From: Phycisphaerales bacterium
GTDB lineage: Bacteria; Planctomycetota; Phycisphaerae; Phycisphaerales; UBA1924
NCBI GenBank assembly: GCA_028289195.1
Contig: JANQQR010000004.1
Location: 1-39,699, forward strand
Direction: 5' to 3'
DNA length: 39,699 nt
Below are positions 1 to 8,095 of this stretch, piece by piece. Position 1 is the first letter of the stretch. Each line of letters starts with the position of its first letter. Under the pieces are notes generated by a model. That model searched no databases. It saw only the letters and a list, made by a program, of their open reading frames with translations, and was not told the DNA's origin. The translations under genes and the position numbers were made by a program.

Positions 1-1
1 G

Positions 2-1240
2 AAGGAAGCCAACCAGCTCCAGATCGACTCGATCATCCAGACCATCGACCGCGTCGCCGCCGCGACCAGCTTCCAGGGTCTCAAGCTCCTCAACGGCAAC
101 CTGGACTACGACACGCAGGCCGTGAACTCGAACGTGAACTCGTTCAGCGTCAACGGCGCCAAGCTGAACTTCGAGGGTACCCGCGACGTCGAGGTCCTCG
201 TGACCGGCTCGGCCCAGGTCGGCGGATTCCTGCTCTCGTTCGGTGGCGGCAGCCTGAACCTCGGTGGCGCGGGCGCCTCCGACGGCGCCGGCAGCTCGTT
301 CACGATCGAGGTCTCGGGCACCAAGGGCACCCGCGAGCTGAGCTTCGCGTCGGGCACCTCGGTCGGCGACATCGCGACCGCCATCAACAGTTTCACCGAC
401 GTCACCGGCGTCAAGGCCACCGTCAGCGCCACGTCCGGCATCAGCCTGCAGTCCAAGGAGTTCGGCAGCAGCGAGTTCGTCTCGGTGCGCGTGGTCGACT
501 CCGGCGACATCAACACCGCCCAGGCCCAGGCCGGCATCTACAACTTCGAGACCGCCGATACCACGACGGCCCAGACCACCGGCCAGACGGTGTTCAGCGC
601 CGCTGGCAATAAGATCACCGATAAGGGTCAGGACGTCAGCGCCACGATCAACGGCATCGTCGCCACGACCGAGGGCACGACCGCCCGGATCAACACCGAC
701 TTCCTCGACGTCGAGATCGACCTCAAGACCGGCACCGGCTCCAACGCCGAGGCCCAGCGCCTGGGCGCTCTGACGGCCTTCTCCATCACCGGCGGCGGCG
801 CCGACTTCCAGCTCGCCGGTCGCGTGGACATCGCCGGCAAGGTGTCGCTGGGCATCTCCAACGTCACCGCCCGGGCCCTCGGTCGCGAGATCGACGGCGC
901 GAGCACCTTCTTCCTCTCGGACCTGGCCGCCGGCCGCGACCTGAACGTCGTCGACGGCGACATCTCCAAGGCCCAGACGGTCCTGGAGAACTCGATCCGC
1001 GAGGTCGGCTCGCTGCGTGGCCGCCTCGGCGCGTTCCAGAAGAACACCATCGGCGCCACCATCCGGAGCCTCGGCGTTGCTTCTGAGAACACGACCGCCG
1101 CCGAGAGCGTGATCCGCGACGCGGACTTCGCGACCGAGACGGCCGACCTCACCCGGGCCCAGATCCTGGTGAGCTCCGCCTCGCAGATTCTGTCGCTGGC
1201 CAACACCCAGCCGCAGAACGCGCTGCAGCTCCTCGGGTAA
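2..1240 (+). CDS. fliC: Flagellin (5'-truncated by the window edge; frame opens at nt 2 and the track ORF at 122 is an internal Met)
   Basis: Translation from nt 2 gives KEANQLQIDSIIQTIDRVAAATSFQGLKLLNGNLDY..., collinear with the full flagellin at 1420..2991 (about 75% identity). C-terminus is flagellin-like: LRGRLGAFQKN...LTRAQILVSSASQILSLANTQPQNALQLLG. Confidence 0.9.
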   Translation, partial: KEANQLQIDSIIQTIDRVAAATSFQGLKLLNGNLDYDTQAVNSNVNSFSVNGAKLNFEGTRDVEVLVTGSAQVGGFLLSFGGGSLNLGGAGASDGAGSSFTIEVSGTKGTRELSFASGTSVGDIATAINSFTDVTGVKATVSATSGISLQSKEFGSSEFVSVRVVDSGDINTAQAQAGIYNFETADTTTAQTTGQTVFSAAGNKITDKGQDVSATINGIVATTEGTTARINTDFLDVEIDLKTGTGSNAEAQRLGALTAFSITGGGADFQLAGRVDIAGKVSLGISNVTARALGREIDGASTFFLSDLAAGRDLNVVDGDISKAQTVLENSIREVGSLRGRLGAFQKNTIGATIRSLGVASENTTAAESVIRDADFATETADLTRAQILVSSASQILSLANTQPQNALQLLG

Positions 1241-1275
1241 AGCTCGAAGCGGGCCGACAGACCGATAAGTATCCA

Positions 1276-1305
1276 CGCCCCGGCTCCCTGAGCCGGGGCG
1301 TTTTG
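1276..1305 (+). terminator. Rho-independent terminator between the tandem flagellin genes
   Basis: Perfect 10-bp stem gccccggctc/gagccggggc (1277-1286 pairing 1290-1299) with a 3-nt loop, followed by TTTT (1301-1304). Confidence 0.7.
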
Positions 1306-1363
1306 CTGCGCCCGGCGTTCGGCCGGCGTTATCGGAACGGGGTGTGGGCTCCCCGGAGCGAAT

Positions 1364-1371
1364 CCCGATAA
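1364..1371 (+). promoter_or_regulatory. Possible FliA (sigma28)-type -10 element CCCGATAA upstream of the second flagellin
   Basis: CCCGATAA matches the sigma28 -10 consensus GCCGATAA and lies 48 nt before the ATG at 1420. No TAAA -35 sits at canonical spacing. A second CCGATAAG lies at 1262-1269, upstream of the terminator. Confidence 0.2.
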
Positions 1372-1419
1372 CGAGATCCGAGCGGGCCACCGTGACGCGC
1401 CCCAAGGGAGCAGCAAGCC

Positions 1420-2991
1420 ATGAGTCGCATCAACACCAACGTCTCTTCTCTCATCGCCCAGCGGATCCTCGGGCAGAACAACCTCCAGCTCAACACCTCG
1501 CTGGAGCGCCTGAGTACCGGCCTGCGCATCAACCGGGGCAAGGACGACCCAGCGGGGCTGATCGCGTCGCAGAACCTTCGCTCGGAGAAGGTCGCCGTCG
1601 GCTCGGCGATCAAGAACGCCGAGCGCGCCGACCAGGTGGTGAACATCGCCGAGGGCGGCCTCACCGAGATCTCGGGCCTGCTCAACGAACTGCAGACGCT
1701 CGTCACCCAGACGGCCAACGACGCCGGCCTCTCCCAGGAGGAGAAGGAGGCGAACCAGCTGCAGATCGACTCGATCCTCCAGACGATCGATCGTGTCGCC
1801 GCCGCCACGAGCTTCCAGGGCCTCCGCCTGCTCAACGGCAACCTCGACTACATCACCGACAACGTGAACGCCAACGTCGAGGCGTTCAGCGTCAACGGCG
1901 CCAAGCTGAACTTCGGCGAGTCGCGCGACGTTGATGTCGTCGTGACAGGCTCGGCGCAGGTCGCCGGCTTCCTGCTCTCGTTCGGCGGGGCGAACATCAA
2001 CCTCGGCGGCGCTGGCGCGTCCGACGGCATCAACTCCACGTTCGTCCTCGAGGTCGCCGGCATCGACGGCTCGCGCGAGCTGAGCTTCGCGTCCGGCACC
2101 GCGCTCACCGACGTCACCGCCGCCATCAACAGCTTCACCGACGTGACGGGCCTGCAGGCCACGGTCTCGGGCACGGGCGTCTCGATCAAGACCGTCGGCT
2201 TCGGCAGCAACGAGTTCGCAACGGTCCGCGTCGTCGACGACGGCGCGGTCAACTCCGCGATCGCCCAGGCCGGTATCTACAGCTTCGAGGCCGCTAACAC
2301 CGGCGCCGCCCAGACGACCGGCCAGACCCTCTTCTCCGCCGCCAACAACAAGATCACCGACCTCGGCCAGGATGTCAGCGCAACCATCAACGGCATCCGC
2401 GCGACGACCAAGGGCACCGTGGCGAGCATCAACACCGACTTCCTCGACGTCGAGATCGACCTCAAGACCGGCACCGGCTCGGGCGTCGAGGCCCAGCGAC
2501 TCGGCTCGCTGAGCGCCTTCCGCATCACCGGCGGCGGCGCTGACTTCCAGCTCGCCCCGCAGGTGGACATCACCGGCAAGGTGTCGATCGGGATCGGCGA
2601 CTTTGCGGTGCGGAACATCGGTCGCGAGCGCCTGGTCAGCCAGGGCTCCTCGGGCGTGTTCTTCCTGAAGGACATCGCCTCGGGCCGCGATCTGAACGTC
2701 GTCGACGGTGATCTGGCCGGCGCCCAGGGCGTCGTGTCCAAGGCGATCAAGGACGTCACGAGCCTGCGTGGCAGGCTGGGCGCCTTCCAGCGCAACGTCA
2801 TCGGCTCGACGGTGCGGAGCCTGGGCATCTCGCTCGAGAACACCACCGCCGCCGAGTCGCTCATCCGCGACACCGACTTCGCCAACGAGACCAGCGAACT
2901 GACGCGAGCCCAGGTGCTCGTGAGCAGCGCATCGCAGATCCTCGGGCTGGCCAACAGCCAGCCGCAGAGCGCGCTGCAGCTCCTCGGCTAG
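1420..2991 (+). CDS. fliC: Flagellin, full length (523 aa)
   Basis: N-terminus MSRINTNVSSLIAQRILGQNNLQLNTSLERLSTGLRINRGKDDPAGL and C-terminus LRGRLGAFQRN...QVLVSSASQILGLANSQPQSALQLLG are canonical flagellin D0/D1 segments. SD-like GGGAG precedes the ATG. Confidence 0.95.
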   Translation: MSRINTNVSSLIAQRILGQNNLQLNTSLERLSTGLRINRGKDDPAGLIASQNLRSEKVAVGSAIKNAERADQVVNIAEGGLTEISGLLNELQTLVTQTANDAGLSQEEKEANQLQIDSILQTIDRVAAATSFQGLRLLNGNLDYITDNVNANVEAFSVNGAKLNFGESRDVDVVVTGSAQVAGFLLSFGGANINLGGAGASDGINSTFVLEVAGIDGSRELSFASGTALTDVTAAINSFTDVTGLQATVSGTGVSIKTVGFGSNEFATVRVVDDGAVNSAIAQAGIYSFEAANTGAAQTTGQTLFSAANNKITDLGQDVSATINGIRATTKGTVASINTDFLDVEIDLKTGTGSGVEAQRLGSLSAFRITGGGADFQLAPQVDITGKVSIGIGDFAVRNIGRERLVSQGSSGVFFLKDIASGRDLNVVDGDLAGAQGVVSKAIKDVTSLRGRLGAFQRNVIGSTVRSLGISLENTTAAESLIRDTDFANETSELTRAQVLVSSASQILGLANSQPQSALQLLG

Positions 2992-3048
2992 CGGCGCGCG
3001 GTATGATGTCCGCGCCGGCGCACAGGGCGCCCGCGCGGGGATCGGCCG

Positions 3049-3759
3049 ATGAGCGCAACGGGATTCGCGGCATTGCACGCAGTCGTCACCGGGGGCACCG
3101 GTGCGCTGGGCACCGCCGTCGTCCAGCAGCTCGTGGAGCAGGGCGCAACGTGCCACGTGCCCTGTTTCCACGAGCGCGAGCTCGACGGGTTCGGGCTGCG
3201 TGACCACGAGCGCGTGCGCGTGATCACCGGCATCGACCTGCGCGAGGAGCCCCACGTCGAGAAGCTCTACCACGGGCTGACCACGCTCTGGGCGTCGGTG
3301 CACCTCGCCGGCGGGTTCGCGATGCACCCCCTGGAGCAGACGAGCGAGGCCGAGTTCCTCCGCCTGTGGCGCATGAACGCCCAGACCTGCTTCCTGTGCT
3401 GCCGCGAGGCCGTCAAACGCATGCGCGCGAGCACCGGCCAGCACGGGGGGCGGATCGTCAACGTCGCGGCGCGCCCCGCCGTCCAGCCCTGCGCCGGGAT
3501 GGTCGCCTACACCACGAGCAAGGCCGCGGTGGTGAGCATGACCCAGTGCATCGCCGAAGAGGTGCGCAAGGAAGGCATCTGGGTGAACGCCGTCGCGCCG
3601 AGCATCATGGACACACCGGCGAACCGCGAAGCGATGCCGGACGCCGATTTCGCCGATTGGCCCAAGGTCGAAGAGGTCGCGCGATCGATCGTCGACCTGG
3701 CGTCCCCCCGCAACGCGCTGACGAGTGGGGCGGTGGTGCCGGTCTACGGGCGGGCGTGA
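3049..3759 (+). CDS. SDR-family oxidoreductase (short-chain dehydrogenase/reductase)
   Basis: Rossmann motif VVTGGTGALGTAV near the N-terminus and catalytic Y-x3-K (YTTSK). Length of 236 aa is typical for an SDR. Confidence 0.85.
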   Translation: MSATGFAALHAVVTGGTGALGTAVVQQLVEQGATCHVPCFHERELDGFGLRDHERVRVITGIDLREEPHVEKLYHGLTTLWASVHLAGGFAMHPLEQTSEAEFLRLWRMNAQTCFLCCREAVKRMRASTGQHGGRIVNVAARPAVQPCAGMVAYTTSKAAVVSMTQCIAEEVRKEGIWVNAVAPSIMDTPANREAMPDADFADWPKVEEVARSIVDLASPRNALTSGAVVPVYGRA

Positions 3760-3828
3760 GGGCGTTGCCCGATCCTCAACCGGGCCGACCCCGGGCTGGG
3801 GCCGACCCGCGCGGACGTGGATGGTCGG

Positions 3829-4449
3829 TCAGTTGCTGGCGTCCACCGTCGTGGTGCGCGTCACGAGCATCAGCAGCGGCTGCCCCGGCAGGCTGTTGTG
3901 CGCCGCGACCACAGTCCCGCTCTTCGCGCTGAACGCCATCGACGAGCAGAACGGTGACGCGCTCGAGGCCTTGTCGCTCTCGGTCTGGCCGGTCCGTAGG
4001 GAGATGTCCATGCGCAGGTTGTCGGAATTCTCCTTGAGGACGAACGGGCGCACGGTGAGGTGGTAGGGCGAGCCTCCGCGGGCGAAGTCGATGGTGCCGC
4101 TGGAGCCGTGCTGCACGAAGAGTGCCCCGGAGTGGATCTCGACCTGCTGCGGCGCCGAATGCGTGAGCGCGCGGGCGGCGCGCATCGCCTGGTCGAAGAC
4201 TCCTGGCTCGGGGTTCACGCCCGCGAGCTTGCGCAGCTGGTTGAGAGCCTCGGGCTCGGACCCGGGTGAGCCAGCCGACGGAACGTCTTCAAAGCTGACA
4301 AGGAGCGTCTCGGTGAAGACGCTCCTTGGGTCGGTGTTCGGTCGTTCGGAATAGAAGCCGCCCCCGGCGAGGATCCCCACGGCGATGAGGGCCATGACGG
4401 CCACGAGTGCGAACGCAACCATCGCGCGTGCTGCTTTGAGCATCTTCAT
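3829..4449 (-). CDS. Hypothetical protein with an N-terminal signal-anchor/TM helix
   Basis: Start re-anchored to ATGAAGATG (MKMLKAARAMVAFALVAVMALIAVGILAGG), preceded by an AGGAG Shine-Dalgarno. High GC3 coding bias. No recognisable domain. Confidence 0.6.
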   Translation of the reverse strand: MKMLKAARAMVAFALVAVMALIAVGILAGGGFYSERPNTDPRSVFTETLLVSFEDVPSAGSPGSEPEALNQLRKLAGVNPEPGVFDQAMRAARALTHSAPQQVEIHSGALFVQHGSSGTIDFARGGSPYHLTVRPFVLKENSDNLRMDISLRTGQTESDKASSASPFCSSMAFSAKSGTVVAAHNSLPGQPLLMLVTRTTTVDASN

Positions 4450-4554
4450 GTCGGTACTCCTGGATAATGGATGAAGGAATGAGAACGGATCGGGGAACAA
4501 CGAGGTATTCGGAGTTCGATACGGCCCGTTGCCCGCGACGGGTCGAGCGACAGC

Positions 4555-4580
4555 GAAAAAGCCACACCGGTGCCCGGCGG
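4555..4580 (-). terminator. Putative intrinsic terminator downstream of pgi (minus strand)
   Basis: On the minus strand a GC-rich hairpin (gccgccgggcaccggtgtggc) is followed by UUUUU (plus-strand AAAAA at 4555-4559). It begins 15 nt after the pgi stop. Confidence 0.4.
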
Positions 4581-4594
4581 CAGCGAGCCGGTTC

Positions 4595-6013
4595 TTACAC
4601 CGACGCTGCCCCCAGCTTTTCTTCCACCTTCCGCTTCCACTCCTCGTACCCCGCGCGCCCCATCAGCCCGAAGGTCGCGACCTTGCCCGTCTCGACCGCC
4701 GGCTGGTCGTAGGCGTCGATGTTGAGCATCTTGCCGGCGTAGGCCGTCACCATCTCCCAGAGCATGATGAACTCGCTCACGTGCTGCGCATCCACGCGCG
4801 GGAAGCGGATGGTGAAGCTCGGGCGTTCGCTCTCGACGAACGCGAACTCGGTCGCGCGCTTCTCGGCGTTGAGCAGCGTGCTCATCGGCGCACCTTCCAG
4901 GTAGCTCAGCGCATCGACGCCCAGCCCGCGCGGGATCTCCAGGTCCGCCGTGCCGAAGTCCTCGACCTCCAGGAACCCGAAGACCTTGTCGTTCGGCCCC
5001 TCGCGATAGAGCTGCACCTGCGAGTGCTGGTCGGTCGTGCCCAGCGCCTTGACCGGCGTGTAGCCCGCGAAGACCTCGTTGCCACCCAAGTCGTGCTTCT
5101 TGCCCAGGCTCTCGGCCCACAGCTGGCGGAACCAGTCGGCCATCAGGTAGAGCTGGTTGGCGTAGGGCATCATCACGTGGACGGTCTTGCCCTTCTCTTC
5201 CGCCAGACGCACCAGGAGCGTCGCGAGCATCAGCGCCGGGTTCGATTCGATGTCCATCGAGGTGCAGCGCTGCTCCATCGACGCTGCCCCGTCGAGCAGG
5301 GCGTCGATGTCGATCCCAGCCATCTGTGCGCTGAACAGGCCGACGGGCGAGAGCACGCTGAATCGCCCACCCACGCCCTCCGGCACGGGCAGCGTCGCGT
5401 AGCCCGCCTCATCGCAGATCGTGCGCATGGTGCCCTTCTCGGCGTCGGTGATCGCCACGATGCGCTCGGCGTGGCGATCGCCCAGGGCGTCGATCAGCAT
5501 CGAGCGGATCACCATGAACTGGCTGGCGGTCTCGGCTGTCTCGCCCGACTTGCTGATCACGTTGAAGAGCGTGCGCTCGAACCCGGGGTCGGACGTGCGG
5601 ATGAAGTCCAGCACCGCGCCGAAGTAGGCCGGGTCGACGTTGTCCACGACGAACACGCGCGGGCCGCCCCGCTCGGCGTCGGGCAAGAGGTTCCAGGTGG
5701 GGGGGTTGAGCGCGGATTGCAGCGCGATGTTGCCCAGGGCGCTGCCCCCGATCCCCATCACCAGGAGGTTGTCGACCTTGCCCTCGTAGCGCGAGGCGAT
5801 CTCCTTGACGGCGCCGGAGTACTCGCTGCGCACGGGCTCGTGGGGCAGGAGACGCCACTTCTCCCAGCCGGTTCCGCGAGAGGCACTCAGCGCCGAGGTC
5901 AGCTCGGCCCCGAGGCGGGCGCTGGGGGACGGGTCGGCGACCGAGCCCGCGTGCAGGCCGTGGGCGTCGCCCACGCGATCGGACAGGCAGTTGGCGTAGT
6001 CGAGGGTGAGCAT
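4595..6013 (-). CDS. pgi: Glucose-6-phosphate isomerase (472 aa)
   Basis: PGI-family sequence throughout: GIGGSALGN, SKSGETAETA, GGRFSVLSPVGL, and the C-terminal region. ATG at 6011-6013 on the complement. Confidence 0.9.
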   Translation of the reverse strand: MLTLDYANCLSDRVGDAHGLHAGSVADPSPSARLGAELTSALSASRGTGWEKWRLLPHEPVRSEYSGAVKEIASRYEGKVDNLLVMGIGGSALGNIALQSALNPPTWNLLPDAERGGPRVFVVDNVDPAYFGAVLDFIRTSDPGFERTLFNVISKSGETAETASQFMVIRSMLIDALGDRHAERIVAITDAEKGTMRTICDEAGYATLPVPEGVGGRFSVLSPVGLFSAQMAGIDIDALLDGAASMEQRCTSMDIESNPALMLATLLVRLAEEKGKTVHVMMPYANQLYLMADWFRQLWAESLGKKHDLGGNEVFAGYTPVKALGTTDQHSQVQLYREGPNDKVFGFLEVEDFGTADLEIPRGLGVDALSYLEGAPMSTLLNAEKRATEFAFVESERPSFTIRFPRVDAQHVSEFIMLWEMVTAYAGKMLNIDAYDQPAVETGKVATFGLMGRAGYEEWKRKVEEKLGAASV

Positions 6014-6080
6014 GGCACCAGCCTACCGCGCGGGCCCGTGCCCCCGGCGTCGCCCCGGGCCCGTTCGGTACCATGCGTGG

Positions 6081-6662
6081 ATGAGCGAAGCGATCAAGGT
6101 CCGTGGACCCGGCAAGGTGCTGTTCGGCGAGGAGGAGATCTCCGAGCGTGTGGCGTGGATGGGGCGCGAGCTGGCGCGCGACCTCGAGGGCGACCTCGCC
6201 AAGGACGACGAGGACGCCCAGAGCCACCCCGACCGGGTCGTCATCCTGCCGATCCTGACCGGCGCGTTCGTGTTCACCGCCGATCTGATCCGCAGCATGC
6301 CGCTGAAGATGTCGATCCGGCTGGTGACCGCCAGCAGCTACCCCGGCGAGGCGACCACCTCCCGCGGTGCGCGCCTGCGCGGCGTGATCCCGAGCGACCT
6401 GGGCGGGCGCCACGTGGTGATCATCGACGACATCCTCGACACCGGGAACACGCTCGAACTCGTCCGGGGCCTGATCCTCGAGCAGAACCCCGCCTCGCTG
6501 CGCATCGTGGTCCTTCTCGACAAGCAGGTGCCCCGGCACTCCGAGATCACGCCCAACTATGTCGGTTTCGAGATCCCGGACGAGTTCGTCGTGGGCTACG
6601 GCCTCGACTGGAACGGCTACTACCGCAACCTGCGTGAGATCGTGACGCTGGAAGTTGAGTAG
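6081..6662 (+). CDS. hpt: Hypoxanthine-guanine phosphoribosyltransferase
   Basis: PRPP-binding motif VVIIDDILDTGNTL and the HPRT-family layout. Start moved to ATG 6081 (MSEAIKV...), because the track start at 6006 is a GTG that would overlap the pgi start. Divergent from pgi. Confidence 0.85.
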   Translation: MSEAIKVRGPGKVLFGEEEISERVAWMGRELARDLEGDLAKDDEDAQSHPDRVVILPILTGAFVFTADLIRSMPLKMSIRLVTASSYPGEATTSRGARLRGVIPSDLGGRHVVIIDDILDTGNTLELVRGLILEQNPASLRIVVLLDKQVPRHSEITPNYVGFEIPDEFVVGYGLDWNGYYRNLREIVTLEVE

Positions 6663-6795
6663 GCCTTCGGGCGATCCGCGCGCTCTTTTTGCTTGACTCG
6701 GCCCCGGTTTTGGAGTCGGCTTGTCCAAGGGCCCCTGAACGGACGGGCGCCGCGCCGCTGCGCGCGGACCGGTCCGAGGGAGAGAGGAGCCGCTC

Positions 6796-7953
6796 ATGAG
6801 CAAGCCGGGTATCGCGTTGGTGGGGATCGGTGCACTTCTGTTGCCCGCGCTCGGCGCGATCGCGGGTCCGCTCGCCCCTCCGGCGGGGCCGGTGTCGGCG
6901 ACCGGTCGGTTCGGGCCGAGGGTCGAACTGAGCGCCGCCAACACACCCGGCGACGCCGACTCGCTCTTCAAGATCACGCAGCCCGGTTCGTACTACCTGG
7001 CCGGCAACGTCGCCGGCGTCGCTGGGCGCCACGGGATCGAGATCGAATCGGGCGACGTGACGCTCGATCTGATGGGCTTTGCGCTTCTCGGCGTGCCCGG
7101 CTCGCTCGACGGCATCAGCGTCACCGCGAGCGTGGAGAGCGTGCGCATCAGCAACGGGAGCATCCGAGGCTGGGGCGGCGCGGGGGCCAACGCCTGCGCC
7201 GCAAGCAACTCGTCGGCGTCGGCGCTCGTCGCGTCGGACAACGGGGGCGACGGGCTGTGCCTGGGCTCGCGGGGGATGGTCGAATCGTGCCTCGCCGAGG
7301 GGAACGGGTCGCGCGGGATCTTCGCGAACTCCGCGTCGATCGTTCTGCACTCGGGCGCCGGCCAGAACGGTGACGATGGAATCGCGACCGGCCCCAGTTC
7401 GACCGTCGTGGGATGCGCCGCCTTGTTCAACGGGATCGACGGGATCGACGCGGCGTCGGGATCGGTGGTCTCGGGGAACACGTCGGAGGCGAACATCCAG
7501 TTCGGGATCCGCGCAGGCGCGGGGTGCTCGCTGCGCGGGAACGCCGTCAGGTCCAATTTTGGCAGCGGGTTCTTTGTGAACACCGGGTCTTCTGTCACCG
7601 GCAACACCGCTTCGTTCAACGACGTCGCGGGCGTCCGCGTTGCCGCTGGGTGTCTCGTGTCGGACAATTCGTGCTACGGCAACGTGGGTGCCGGAGTGCG
7701 AGCAACGGGTGAGAACAACCGGATCGACGGCAACCTCCTGGCAGACAACGGCCTGGGCCTCGATATCGACGCGGGCGGCAACCTGATCGTCCGCAACGCG
7801 GCCGTCGCGAACACGTCGAACTGGGACTTCGTTGCCGGCAACCTGTACGGTCGCGTCGTCGATCTTTCCGGCGTGGCCGCGCCCGTTGTGAACAGCGGCA
7901 CGGCCGCCAGCGTGCTGATCTCCGTCGACCCGTGGGCGAACTTCGGCTATTGA
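6796..7953 (+). CDS. Secreted right-handed parallel beta-helix repeat protein (pectin-lyase fold), 385 aa
   Basis: Signal peptide MSKPGIALVGIGALLLPALGAIAG. Gly/Asn/Ser-rich repeats with recurring GN...G and N..G....N rungs. AGAGGAG SD lies 6 nt before the ATG. Paralog of the gene at 8096..10279. Confidence 0.75.
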   Translation: MSKPGIALVGIGALLLPALGAIAGPLAPPAGPVSATGRFGPRVELSAANTPGDADSLFKITQPGSYYLAGNVAGVAGRHGIEIESGDVTLDLMGFALLGVPGSLDGISVTASVESVRISNGSIRGWGGAGANACAASNSSASALVASDNGGDGLCLGSRGMVESCLAEGNGSRGIFANSASIVLHSGAGQNGDDGIATGPSSTVVGCAALFNGIDGIDAASGSVVSGNTSEANIQFGIRAGAGCSLRGNAVRSNFGSGFFVNTGSSVTGNTASFNDVAGVRVAAGCLVSDNSCYGNVGAGVRATGENNRIDGNLLADNGLGLDIDAGGNLIVRNAAVANTSNWDFVAGNLYGRVVDLSGVAAPVVNSGTAASVLISVDPWANFGY

Positions 7954-8095
7954 GGCGCGCGCGGCGTCGCGGCAGGTTTTTTCTTCCGATTCGTGAGCCT
8001 CCGCGCGTCCGCTTGCCGCGTTCCAGGGTGAGCCCCGGCGCGGGAGTGCGGTCTGTTCGCCCCTCCACGACCGGGTTCCGCCGAGGAGGTGGCCC

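Noticed and set aside
2993-3018. GC hairpin (gcgcgg...ccgcgc) after the second flagellin
   Set aside because: Only a 6-bp stem and no downstream U-tract, so not called as a terminator.
628-3444. 938-aa ORF on the minus strand spanning both flagellin genes and their spacer
   Set aside because: It is antisense to two unmistakable flagellin genes. The product is Ala/Arg/Gly-rich low complexity, typical of the stop-poor antisense frame in 68% GC DNA.
4529-6637. 702-aa plus-strand ORF overlapping pgi
   Set aside because: It is antisense to a clearly recognisable glucose-6-phosphate isomerase. The product is Arg/Pro-rich junk. A high-GC artefact.
6663-6795. Possible terminator after hpt (T5 run at 6686-6690)
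   Set aside because: Only a 3-bp stem with a UUCG tetraloop or weak 5-bp stems precede the T-run, which is insufficient evidence.
7954-7982. GC-rich segment followed by T6 after the first beta-helix gene
   Set aside because: I could not find a clean complementary stem in gcgcgcgcggcgtcgcggcagg. It may still act as a weak terminator, but it is not supported well enough to annotate.
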